The notes under the pieces are model-generated. The model was not told the origin of the DNA. It ran no database searches and saw only the letters and a program-made list of their open reading frames with translations. From an uncultured delta proteobacterium (GTDB lineage: Bacteria; Desulfobacterota; RBG-13-43-22), in the NCBI GenBank assembly GCA_963743305.1, contig CAVUPH010000018.1, forward strand, positions 58,203-122,202: a DNA stretch of 64,000 nt. Direction: 5' to 3'. Every line of letters begins with the position of its first letter. Position 1 is the stretch's first letter. Below, piece after piece: positions 19,679 to 28,775 of this stretch. The position numbers and the translations under genes are program-made.

Positions 19679-20509
19679 AGCGTACATAGAGTTCCACCGG
19701 GAGCGCTAGCGATCCGGTGGAGCGTCTGGTGTACGCCCGGCATAGGCGTGATCTTATGGGGGACCCGACCTGTTCAGTCGAGGAAGTCCCTGTATGCCAA
19801 ACTCGTTACTGTCGTAAGCAGGAACATAAATACTAGCCGAAAGCAAGGGCGATCTCGCGAGGGATCGTCCGAAGGAAGCTGGAGTGCAAAGCTATGAGCT
19901 CGACGATGATAGAAATGGCATACAAGGCCCAGTCTCCGGGTAAGTCAGCACAACGTGACAAAGCCCCGGGTTTAGGAGACACGGTAAATGCCGCGGTTGT
20001 GTAACGACAGATCACGTCCTTATCCGGGGAGGCCTGTTCGACAGGCGGTCCAGTCAACATTGGACAGCATCCGGCCTGGAAAGATGCCGAATGACCGGGC
20101 AGGAGTCAGCCGAGGTCATAGTAGTTCGCCATCGACGAACGAAGGACCGAACCCAGGGCATGGAAAAGGCCCGGCAACTGGACCATCGCCATGAACCAGT
20201 CCGGGGGATCGAGTGGCCGGGGCGTTGCTGATTAACACAATCCTAATGAACACCTGCGGACTGCTATCTCGGTCGGGATGAGCCGGAAAGGCTCCTGACG
20301 ACTCTCACGCACCCTGGCCACCCAGAAGGGCATGATCCCGCCTTGAAGTGACTCAAGGATCAAGGGTTGCTGTCTGTCAAAGATCAGTGAGTAAACATCC
20401 ATTACACGGTTACGGCTCGGTAGTCTATCTGCGGAACACGCCTAGTGCGGACCCGCATGCTAGGTGGTGCGGGAGGGGAAGAGAAAAACTCCTCCTTGCC
20501 CGATTATGC
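19679..20509 (-). other. Integron attC site (57 bp after removing the intron), interrupted by a group II intron
   Basis: Joining 19679-19730 to 20505-20509 and reading the minus strand gives GCATAAC-CAGACG-CTCCACCGGA-TCGCTAGCGC-TCCCGGTGGAA-CTCTAT-GTACGCT: perfect R'' box, hairpin, degenerate R'. Confidence 0.8.
19731..20504 (+). mobile_element. Class IIC (attC-targeting) group II intron, 774 nt, with the intron-encoded protein internally deleted
   Basis: 5' end GTACGCCCGGCATAGGCG (IIC-like); domain V gaacacgcctagtgcggacccgcatgctaggtggtgcgggagg; short domain VI ending CCCGAT; maturase C-terminal remnant at 20245-20423. Confidence 0.88.
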
Positions 20510-20613
20510 CATGGTCCTTCACTCCTGTCCCAAAACTTCAGCAGTTCCTCTCTTTGCTTTTTCGATCTGCGGGTCTTACCTGTCGGATTCTTTCCAGTGC
20601 ATTGTTTCCCCAA

Positions 20614-21006
20614 TCAGACTTTTAGTGCATACAGTTGGTTATGAGCGGCCGAAATGAGTGCGTTGATGGCTCCCATGGTTACATAGGCATCGTTTGGAGA
20701 TTCTTTAAGATTCGTTTTTGAGAATGCGATGGTGCCGCGCTCAATTGCTTTGCTGAACTGCTCATCACGAAAACGGCACCCGATGAGATTTGGGTGATCA
20801 ATCTCAGCGATTTTGGCGTTGAACTCACAGTTCGTCAGACGAGTGCTTCGTAAAGGACCTACGTCTGACGAAACAAAGGTCTGCAATAAAATTTCCATTT
20901 TATCATGGCAAAACCTAATCGTCTCTCTGCGTCGATGGTCGGTTGTCGATACCCCCCCGGTATTCCTCTGCATGAGGATGAACTCCATATCGTTCTTGAT
21001 GATCAC
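20614..21006 (-). CDS. Hypothetical ORF, possibly a decayed cassette gene
   Basis: 130-aa ORF in cassette orientation between two attC sites; no recognised motif. Confidence 0.25.
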   Translation of the reverse strand: MIIKNDMEFILMQRNTGGVSTTDHRRRETIRFCHDKMEILLQTFVSSDVGPLRSTRLTNCEFNAKIAEIDHPNLIGCRFRDEQFSKAIERGTIAFSKTNLKESPNDAYVTMGAINALISAAHNQLYALKV

Positions 21007-21039
21007 GTTCGGCTCGTACGGTATTCCGTATGAATTTCG

Positions 21040-21549
21040 AGCCGTTGGATACCAGATCTGTAAGAAGGGTTAGCGATTTTGTGCCAAATGACTTGGTCAC
21101 GACTGGTCGAAGTCCTTCGACGACATTCAATATTGATTCTCTTATCTTGCAGAGGAAATTCATGCGTACCTCCGAAGCTTCCTATTTCCTGCTTCGAATT
21201 TTTACCAGCACCCATTCTCCACGCTCAATGATTCAAGGATATCCTTTTCCTCGACATCCAAAACTATTTTTTTCATTTCTTTGCCCTCGCGTTCTTGTTT
21301 GTAGCGTTTCTACTGGGGATAATGGTCTTGAGAAATAGCTCCTCACTTTTTTCGGTGTAAGGAACAGATCCGCGTAGTCATCAATCCTGATTATGGCGAT
21401 GTTTTGTCCTGGATATCGATCCGGTTTGGATGTTCTATTGTGTCGAGAACATCTCCTCTTTCCATCAGCACGACAACCTGTTAAAAACAAAGGCCTCTAG
21501 TTTTCCTGAGCATCTCGTTTTTTTCATTATCCCATCGAAAGACATTCAT
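21040..21549 (-). pseudogene. Decayed BrnT-like toxin plus CopG/BrnA-like antitoxin
   Basis: From 21549: MNVFRWDNEKNEMLRKTRGLCF*QVVVLMERGDVLDTIEHPN / YPGQNIAIIRIDDYA / EELFLKTIIPSR. Antitoxin pieces LDVEEKDILES / ERGEW / DKRINI are scattered over frames. Confidence 0.75.
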
Positions 21550-21661
21550 ATTATATGTTTACGACAATGTGTGCCTTTTGTCAATATCTATTCTTTTAAT
21601 TCCTTCTTTTCCATACCCTTCAAATCATACCAGGGCCATGCCTCACGACTTGGCCCGGGAT

Positions 21662-22643
21662 CTATACCGAGCATTTCGAAAACAGTTCCTCAAACAGCTT
21701 TTTCAAGGCCCCATCTTCCGCCATTCGGGACACCAGCCTTTTCCTTTCCTGGCTGACTGCGCTGGCGCCTATCCCGAAAAGGCTTCCGATCTCGTCTCCG
21801 GTCAGATCCGCCTACCCGATACAGCAATTCCATGGCCAACCGGCGCCGGTCCCCCTTGGAAGATTTAAGCTCTTCCAAACTCAAACCGGTTTCCACTGCC
21901 AGCAATTCCAGGACCTGCTCCTTGGATCGATAGCGTTTCAAGTCGTTATATCCGCTGTAATCCCCGATCGGCAGATCCTTAATGTGTTTTTCCCGGACCC
22001 ATTGGATATAACCCGCCCGGCCCAGAACACACCCGCCGACTATTTTTCCTTTCAGTTCGATACCCCCGACGAGGTCTTCTCGAATACGTTTTCCATAACC
22101 TCGCCGTCCCTTCGCGTTGTCTCCGCCGAATTCACCCAAAACCAACCCGTAATCCACCCCCGGCCAGCGGTCTTTGATATTCAAATATCCCGGTAGAGTG
22201 CTCCAGGGATAGTCCAGCAGATAGTGCCAGCGGATTTTGGGGTCCTCCGATTCCAGTTCTCGTGTCCGGACGGGGTTCAAGTGGATATAACGGGACAGCT
22301 CGGATAGATAGCTCTCTTTTTCTACCAGAATGCTTTTATATCGGCCTTGGTACAAGTGGCCCACCCGCCGGTGCCGGCGGTTGAAATAGCCGGTATACGT
22401 GATGTTAAACCGCCGCATGAATTCGTTCAGATTGCCCAAAGGAGTCTCCAGCAGCAGATGAAAATGATTCTCCATCAAAACCCCGGCATATATCTTCACG
22501 TTATAGATGGTTCGGGACCCCGCCAGGATATCCAGGAACTCCGTCCGGTCCGTATCGTCCCGGAAGATGTCCTGACGGTCATTGCCCCGGCAGGTGACGT
22601 GATATACCGCCCCGGGATATCGGATGCGCAAAGGTCGACTCAT
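21662..22643 (-). mobile_element. REP-associated tyrosine transposase (RAYT, Y1 HUH) with a C-terminal HTH; one frameshift near 21808
   Basis: MSRPLR, YHVTCRGN, LMENHFHLL, GHLYQGRYKS, YIHLNPVR, YPWS. Removing one base restores LTGDEIGSLFGIGASAVSQ...CSV* ending at 21662. End motif aataggggtcaattctttattgttgaca at 22675-22702. Confidence 0.9.
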
Positions 22644-22702
22644 GGAATCCCTGTATCAAATTGGCACAGAAGATGTCAACAATAAAGAATTGACCCCTAT
22701 TC

Positions 22703-23010
22703 TCTACGTCCTCCCAGTTGAGCCGCGTAGTCTTGCTGGTCCGGCCGTTCATTCTGAGGAAGATCTGCTCGTTGGTGAGATCAATGTACTGGTATAGATT
22801 CGGGAACGCCTGCTCTAACTCCTCTTCTCCCAGCTCTTGCCCGAGGTGGGCTTTCACTGGAATACTCCGGGCTAGTTCCCGGTATTCGCGTGACAAGTCA
22901 TCCTCGAAATCTGTCCTCGCCTGTTGAGTGCTCTTGCGAACCTGCCAGGCGGCGACGAGCACTGCTACTGCCGTGCCGATCGACCCTATGGCGGACATTT
23001 TGATGCTCAT
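22703..23010 (-). pseudogene. Cassette-like hypothetical gene truncated by the RAYT element
   Basis: Starts just after the attC R' box; N-terminal transmembrane helix. The ORF runs into the RAYT end (NRGQFFIVD is translated ggggtcaattc motif). Confidence 0.6.
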
Positions 23011-23033
23011 TGTTCGTACCCTATCTCTCTTCG

Positions 23034-23096
23034 GCCTAACGTGGAGGTAAGGAACGGCGCGCTTTTGCGCCGTCCAGCTTGAGTCTAGGATTAGAA
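23034..23096 (-). other. Integron attC site (63 bp)
   Basis: Minus strand TTCTAAT-CCTAGA-CTCAAGCT-GGACGGCGC-AAAA-GCGCGCCGTTCC-TTACCT-CCAC-GTTAGGC: canonical R' GTTRRRY, central hairpin, one-mismatch R''. Confidence 0.75.
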
Positions 23097-23141
23097 CTCA
23101 TGTTGGCATCACGAAAACGACTTTTATTCGTCTGTTAGAAT

Positions 23142-23975
23142 TCAAAGACCGAATTCCAATTTTAAGCTCTTCAGGTCTTCCTCAAATTGATCCGCCATTT
23201 TCAACGTATAGATGCGCTCGATGTAGCCCTCATTCTGAAACTTGATTATCTTGGCCAAATCGCTTTGGCGCTGGTTCCATGATAAACCGTCTGTAAAGAA
23301 TAGTAATTTGGTGTCGTGACGCTTTGCCCTCATTATTTTTTCGATATCACCGATAACATCGGTCATTTTTGAACCGGTTGCGGCATACCCCTTCGCCTCA
23401 ACAATTATTTTGGGAAGTTCACGCCCGGGAATTGAAAAGTCACACTTCGCTTTTGTTCCGGAGATGCCGGTAAAATTGCACCGAACATCGTATGCCTTGA
23501 ATATCATTTTTATAATCTCTTCAACGAAATTTTCAAGATTGCGACCGCGCCTCATGCCGCTGATTGCACTGCCACGTCCACTCCTGAGCCGTTCCTCAAG
23601 AGTGTCTGACCAGTGCGGGACTCGGTTGATGCAGACCATCATTGACTGAGGGACCCCTAGGGCAACTAATGCTTGAATGAAATCATCCGGATGATCGTGA
23701 AATCGTTTAATTCCACAACCGCCGCTTCCTAATGCAGAGCTGAGCATCGGGGTGAACTGGTCCTTTGACAATCCAAGGAATAAACGAAAGATGAGCAATG
23801 CATCATCAAAATTATTTTCAAGAATGCGTTTTATGTCCGCTGGTCCATATTTCTTTTTTTGTGGAATATTTCTTAGATAAGCAATGACTCGAATAGCCAC
23901 ATCATCCTGCCAATCAACCTGTAGCGGCTGCAGAGACTCCAAAATCTCAGCCAAAGTTTGTCGCGTTCGCCTCAT
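23142..23975 (-). CDS. Type II restriction endonuclease, DpnII-like PD-(D/E)xK
   Basis: KCDFSIP...IIVEAKGYAATGSKMTDVIGD, FFTDGLSW; 1 bp downstream of a methyltransferase. Confidence 0.8.
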   Translation of the reverse strand: MRRTRQTLAEILESLQPLQVDWQDDVAIRVIAYLRNIPQKKKYGPADIKRILENNFDDALLIFRLFLGLSKDQFTPMLSSALGSGGCGIKRFHDHPDDFIQALVALGVPQSMMVCINRVPHWSDTLEERLRSGRGSAISGMRRGRNLENFVEEIIKMIFKAYDVRCNFTGISGTKAKCDFSIPGRELPKIIVEAKGYAATGSKMTDVIGDIEKIMRAKRHDTKLLFFTDGLSWNQRQSDLAKIIKFQNEGYIERIYTLKMADQFEEDLKSLKLEFGL

Positions 23976-23976
23976 T

Positions 23977-25059
23977 TTAGCACCCGACTATCAGAAATTC
24001 ATCAACCAGAGCCCGCTCGACATGGTTGTGTGTCCCGAAATGATACCGGTGAGGCTTCTTGTAAGTGATTACCTTTCCCTTATACTGATTCATAATGGAT
24101 TCAATCTCTTCCAAATTTGGAAAACCATTTGAACTATAGGACAAAACAATAATTGAATGCCTGAATTTATCAAAAAGGCGATTAAAAGCGTCTATTGCGG
24201 TTCGCCGATAGCTGAAAGGCGTATAGCGCTTCGTGATCTTCTTGACCTTCGTATTCTCCATAATTTCAAGTCCTCTCCAATAGCAGGAGAGTCCTTCCAG
24301 AAAGTGGTATCTCTTCACATAGCAATTATCGTCTGATCTTGGAACATAAGGCGGGTCAAGATAAACGAGATCTACGCCCTTCGGCGGTATGTCGAAAACG
24401 TCTCTGTGATAAATTTCATTTTGCTTTCCATTGTCGAATATGAGGTGATTAAATACCTGTATCTGCTCGAGGAAATGCGCTTCGATGGATAGTCTCATAT
24501 CGCGTCGGCCATCATCGTACCTGGAAGAGTTGCCCGAGACTGTAAACACGCCGCGGGGCTGCTTTTTGAGACAGGATCGCATCAATGCTGTACGGACGAT
24601 ATTCTGCTGGTATTCATTACTCAATCGCTCAAGATTCCCGCAAATCCGGTCGAGAAACTTAAGATCTTCTATGTCGAAGAATATTCCAGCGAATTTTTGT
24701 TGAATAAAATCGGGGGATTTTATTCGAGTGGATAACAGACGGTTCAGAACTTTTGTATCGACCTGCTCTTTGCTATTTTCAATGGTAGCCTTTGCTATCA
24801 CTGTGGGGAAATTGAGAAAATCGGACCCGATGACTCTCTTTCCCATGCTTTTCAACAAATAGGCGACACATCCGCTGCCAAGAAACGGGTCAGCCGCGGA
24901 GTCAAAATCAAAAGATTTCAATACGCTGTAAATCCAAGGTAAAAGACGATTTTTCGAACCCATGTAGCGAAGTTCCGGATAAAACCCAGCTCTAGGAGGG
25001 AGTGGAAGATCATCATGAACTTCTGCAAAAAGTTTCTGCTGTGCTTCTGCGTAGCGCAT
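23977..25059 (-). CDS. N6-adenine DNA methyltransferase (D12/Dam class)
   Basis: RYMGSK, DPFLGSG, YLDPPY. Confidence 0.93.
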   Translation of the reverse strand: MRYAEAQQKLFAEVHDDLPLPPRAGFYPELRYMGSKNRLLPWIYSVLKSFDFDSAADPFLGSGCVAYLLKSMGKRVIGSDFLNFPTVIAKATIENSKEQVDTKVLNRLLSTRIKSPDFIQQKFAGIFFDIEDLKFLDRICGNLERLSNEYQQNIVRTALMRSCLKKQPRGVFTVSGNSSRYDDGRRDMRLSIEAHFLEQIQVFNHLIFDNGKQNEIYHRDVFDIPPKGVDLVYLDPPYVPRSDDNCYVKRYHFLEGLSCYWRGLEIMENTKVKKITKRYTPFSYRRTAIDAFNRLFDKFRHSIIVLSYSSNGFPNLEEIESIMNQYKGKVITYKKPHRYHFGTHNHVERALVDEFLIVGC

Positions 25060-25230
25060 TTAATCTCTGGGACCTCATTTTTTGATACGATGTCCTTTTC
25101 TTATGGCGCGTATCTTCCTTTTTTTCAACTATATTATTTAAGCGTTAAGGGAAGCGGGATGGGGAAAGTCAGTCTTCAGGCGCGAGGGCGGGGGAAAAAG
25201 GCCGGATGGAAGATAGAAGATAGAAGAGGG

Positions 25231-25389
25231 AAGATTGACGGAGGTCATCCCCGAAAAGCCTTCCGGCAGGGCCCTTCCTTTTTGCTAGGAAATCATAGGC
25301 TTAGTCGCTTCAAAGATTGACGGAGGTCATCCCCTAAAAGTCTTCAGGTAGGGACCCCCCCCGTTTTGCTTGGAAATCATAGGCTTAGT
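25231..25389 (+). repeat. Tandem ~76-bp imperfect direct repeat (82-bp period)
   Basis: aagattgacggaggtcatcccc...ggaaatcataggcttagt starting at 25231 and 25313. Confidence 0.85.
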
Positions 25390-25503
25390 TGCTCCGCGCC
25401 CGATCGGGGCGAGGCGAAATAGCAGGTCCGGCCCTCATTCTTTTTTTGGCCAAAAATGGAAAAATAGCCTTATAATAAAAAAGATTTTTCTGTTTTCCTA
25501 ATT

Positions 25504-25662
25504 TTGACGACCTCGCAAAAAGTCCAAAACCCTGTCATTGCGACCCCGGACTTGATCCGGGGGAAGCAATCCCCACCATGGTAACTAGCTGATTCTTGGG
25601 GATTGCTTCGTCGCTTCACTCCTCGCAATGACAGCGCTGGGGACTTTTTGCGAAACCATCAA
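25504..25662. repeat. Palindromic element, copy D (with a swapped hairpin module)
   Basis: Near-identical to copy A but carries ccccggacttgatccgggg in the left arm. Confidence 0.9.
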
Positions 25663-25783
25663 TTTTTACTAACGCGTATCCGCAAATCCAAGGTTTCCGG
25701 AGAGAACTGGCAGCGATCGGGTGAAAGAGGACCCCTGGCCTCGGCCGGAAACTTAGGGGCATAACCGTGCCATTGGAGATAAT

Positions 25784-27469
25784 ATGAAAAAACGTTTGAC
25801 CAGAGAGCAACTATCGCAGGAACTGGGGAAAATGCGCCGGCAACTTCAGTCACTCGAAAGGTGCGGTTGGGAAAGGGAGGCCATCCAGGGCAAATACGAC
25901 AAACTCCTGGAATCGGCCCCGGACGCCATGTTCTTCGTCGATCGAGAGGCCCGGATTCTTCTCACCAATGCCCAGGCGGAGAAATTGCTCGGATACCCCG
26001 CGGAAGAGTTGATCGGGAAAGACCTGCACTTTCTGATTCCGGAAAGATATCGCCTCACCCATAGAAAGAATCTGGCCGACTACTTTTCGCAGCCCGTTGT
26101 TCGAAATATGGGAAGCGGCCTGAATATCTATGGACTCCGAAAAGACGGGACCGAATTCCCGGCGGACATCAGCCTCAGCCCGATCGAGGCGAACGGGGAA
26201 TTGCTGGTCATTGCCTCGGTCAGAGACGTCACGGAACGCAAGCAGGCGGAAATGCAGATTGAGCGGAATTACCGGATCCAGACGGCGATCAGCTCCGTAC
26301 TCAAGATTTCCTTGGAGCCGATTTCCCTGGAAGAGCAGTTGAACAGAGTACTGGACCTGATTTTGATGATCCCCGGCCTTTCCTCCCAACGCCAGGGAAC
26401 CATCTATGTGGTCGAAAACGAAGCGGAGGTCCTGGTTTTAAAGGCCTGGCGGAGCCTTCCTGAAATGCCCCCTCCCAGCGCCAGGATCTCCTTCAGCCAA
26501 TGCCTTTGCGGGAAAGATATCTCAACCTGTACGTCGGCCCTTACGGAGCGTTGGGATGGAAAACAGGAAATTCAACGGCCCGCCGAATTTCCGCAGGGCT
26601 ATTATTGCCTGCCCATTGCCTTAGCCGGACAGACGCTGGGACTGATCATCATCTTCATCGAAGAAGGCCACGAAAAAACGTTGGAGGAAGAAAGGTTCCT
26701 GACCGCCGTGGCCGACACCCTGGCAGCCGTGATGATGCGTCAGCAGGCCGAAAGGGAGAAAAGCCGGCTTAAGGAAGAATTGGCCGAGGCGGAGAAAAAA
26801 GCGGCCCTCGGAAGAATAACCGCCAGTTTGGCCGACAAAATCAGAAACCCCCTGACCGCCGTCGGAGGGTTCGCCAGGAGACTCGACAAAAAGATTCCCG
26901 AAGGGTCTAAAGAAAAGGAGTATACGAAATTTATTCTGGCCGAGGTCGGCCGCCTGGAAAACATATTGCGAAACGTCCTTTCTTTGTCCTGGGGCCCGGC
27001 CGCCCGCCCGGAGAGGTGCGACCTGAAAGAAATTGTCCGGGAAGCCCTGGAGATTTTCGAGGAGCTGTGTAAAGAACGCTCCATATCCCTGGAGCGGTCC
27101 TTGGAAGACGTGCCGCCCATCGAGGGGGAAAGAGAGTTGTTCCTGGTGACGGTCGAGAATCTGATTTTCAATGCCATCGATGCGATGCCTAACGGAGGCC
27201 GGCTATCTGTGGCTACGGGTACAGCGACGGTCAACGGGACGGCCTATGCGACGGTCAAGGTCAGCGATACCGGGGAAGGGATAAAGAAAGAAGATCTGGA
27301 CAGGATTTTTGAACCCTTTTTTACGACCAGGGTCTCCGCTAAAAGGATCGGACTGGGTCTTTCCGTTGCCAAGAGGGTCCTGGAGGATCACCAGGGGTGG
27401 ATCCAGGTGGAAAGCACGGTCGGCTCGGGCGCCCGCTTTGTTCTCTACTTCCCTCACGCGGCGGAGTAG
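25784..27469 (+). CDS. PAS/GAF sensor histidine-kinase-like protein lacking the phospho-acceptor His
   Basis: PAS (LLESAPDAM...RKDGTEFPADISLSP), GAF-like region, H-box LADKIRNPL, NLIFNAIDAM, DTGEGI, FEPFFTT, GLGLS. Confidence 0.9.
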   Translation: MKKRLTREQLSQELGKMRRQLQSLERCGWEREAIQGKYDKLLESAPDAMFFVDREARILLTNAQAEKLLGYPAEELIGKDLHFLIPERYRLTHRKNLADYFSQPVVRNMGSGLNIYGLRKDGTEFPADISLSPIEANGELLVIASVRDVTERKQAEMQIERNYRIQTAISSVLKISLEPISLEEQLNRVLDLILMIPGLSSQRQGTIYVVENEAEVLVLKAWRSLPEMPPPSARISFSQCLCGKDISTCTSALTERWDGKQEIQRPAEFPQGYYCLPIALAGQTLGLIIIFIEEGHEKTLEEERFLTAVADTLAAVMMRQQAEREKSRLKEELAEAEKKAALGRITASLADKIRNPLTAVGGFARRLDKKIPEGSKEKEYTKFILAEVGRLENILRNVLSLSWGPAARPERCDLKEIVREALEIFEELCKERSISLERSLEDVPPIEGERELFLVTVENLIFNAIDAMPNGGRLSVATGTATVNGTAYATVKVSDTGEGIKKEDLDRIFEPFFTTRVSAKRIGLGLSVAKRVLEDHQGWIQVESTVGSGARFVLYFPHAAE

Positions 27470-27477
27470 TCCGATAA

Positions 27478-27517
27478 GCAGGCGTCTAGAGGGTCAAACC
27501 CTGAGTCGGACGCCTGC
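27478..27517. terminator. Hairpin between convergent genes
   Basis: gcaggcgtc...gacgcctgc inverted repeat; no clear U tract. Confidence 0.4.
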
Positions 27518-27522
27518 TGCGC

Positions 27523-28296
27523 TTATTCCGGCGAGTTGTAATTTTGGTAGTTGTAGGGGTTATCGAATCCAATTCTTTGATACACCGGCTTCCCCAGGGC
27601 AGAGGCCTGCAGGCTGGCAAAAGTACAGCCCTTGTTCCTCCCGGCTACCAGAGATTGGACGGTTATGGCCTTTCCAAAACCCTGGTTTCTGAATTGATCC
27701 AGAGTGGCGACCCAATAGATCCCCGCCACCGGTCCGGTTTTAATCAACATCGAAGTGCAGGCCGGCTGGTTGTCGGCGTACCCGACGAACAGTTCCGCAT
27801 CCGGCAGCTTCAATAATCGCTCGGTGACCACGAAGGGGCCGGAACCCGCGGGAAGAGAATAACTTTTTTCGATGACTTCCTGAGCCTGGGCTAATTCCTC
27901 GGGACTCGAAATCCGCCGGATATCCAAATCCTTCTGGAAGACGTTTTTATCCGGCAGGTCCAACAGGGTCATGACCGTTTCGGAGGGAGCCTCCTGATAG
28001 CCTCTTTGAGACAACAGAGGGATAAAGTCTTTTTCCAGACCGAATCTGAACGAGATACGGAAAGGCAGTTTCCCTGGTTCAAAAAACTGCTCGCCTTTTT
28101 TTATTAGCTTCTCCGGGTTCGACGTCTTCTCCTTCACGAAGAGGACATTAAACCGCCTGTTTGGAAAACCGCTGTTGAAGATGGTGAATTTGTAGCTATT
28201 AAAGAATTCACCGGCGACGGTATTGGAGAGTAACAGCCCCATACAGGAAACATAATTATAATCGACTAAATCCTGCCGGGCTCTATCCAAATCCAT
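27523..28296 (-). CDS. GNAT family acetyltransferase
   Basis: VAGIYWVATLDQFRNQGFG, LQASALGKPVYQRIGF. Confidence 0.9.
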   Translation of the reverse strand: MDLDRARQDLVDYNYVSCMGLLLSNTVAGEFFNSYKFTIFNSGFPNRRFNVLFVKEKTSNPEKLIKKGEQFFEPGKLPFRISFRFGLEKDFIPLLSQRGYQEAPSETVMTLLDLPDKNVFQKDLDIRRISSPEELAQAQEVIEKSYSLPAGSGPFVVTERLLKLPDAELFVGYADNQPACTSMLIKTGPVAGIYWVATLDQFRNQGFGKAITVQSLVAGRNKGCTFASLQASALGKPVYQRIGFDNPYNYQNYNSPE

Positions 28297-28320
28297 GGTG
28301 TGCCTCCCGTTTCTCGATTT

Positions 28321-28659
28321 CTAATAAAGCAGCTCACCGGTTTCCCTGAGCTTGTCGAGCCAGAGTTGCTTAAGCACCCGAAGATCTTCCGTTGCGTCAT
28401 AGTCCGAATCATTCGTGGGCGCAAGTTGGTCCAAGGCTTCGAAGGTAAAAGCGTCAGACCCGAATTCGGCCCAGTCCTTCCGCAGTTCCTGGTTCGGGTG
28501 TGAACCGTGCTCTAGCTGAAAACGAAGTCGATTAAGCATTCCCGGAAGATTCGGGCTCGATCCGATAAGCGATTTCATCCGGATATTGTTGCGGACTCGG
28601 TACACCCCCGCTGGAAGGGGGGTCTCTCTATAGGTACGAATAATTTCTTTACGATCCAA
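28321..28659 (-). CDS. Small GIY-YIG nuclease family protein
   Basis: AGVYRVRN...LIGSSPNL...RFQL..GSHPNQELRKDW...FTFEAL. Confidence 0.8.
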   Translation of the reverse strand: MDRKEIIRTYRETPLPAGVYRVRNNIRMKSLIGSSPNLPGMLNRLRFQLEHGSHPNQELRKDWAEFGSDAFTFEALDQLAPTNDSDYDATEDLRVLKQLWLDKLRETGELLY

Positions 28660-28775
28660 GACGCTTACTCCTGGTTAAGGTTTCTGTGGGGCTTTTCATG
28701 CGGCGTTGACTCGTGGTAGGCAGCTTCCGCGGCAGGAAAACTATGCCCAGCGCCTGATCCACCAAGGCTCTTTTC

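Noticed and set aside
19609-19730. SAM riboswitch upstream of metF
   Set aside because: No SAM-I core motifs were seen; the hairpin is explained by the attC site.
28321-28659. GIY-YIG protein as mobiliser of the palindromic repeats
   Set aside because: It is not flanked by any repeat copy, so nothing in the sequence links them.
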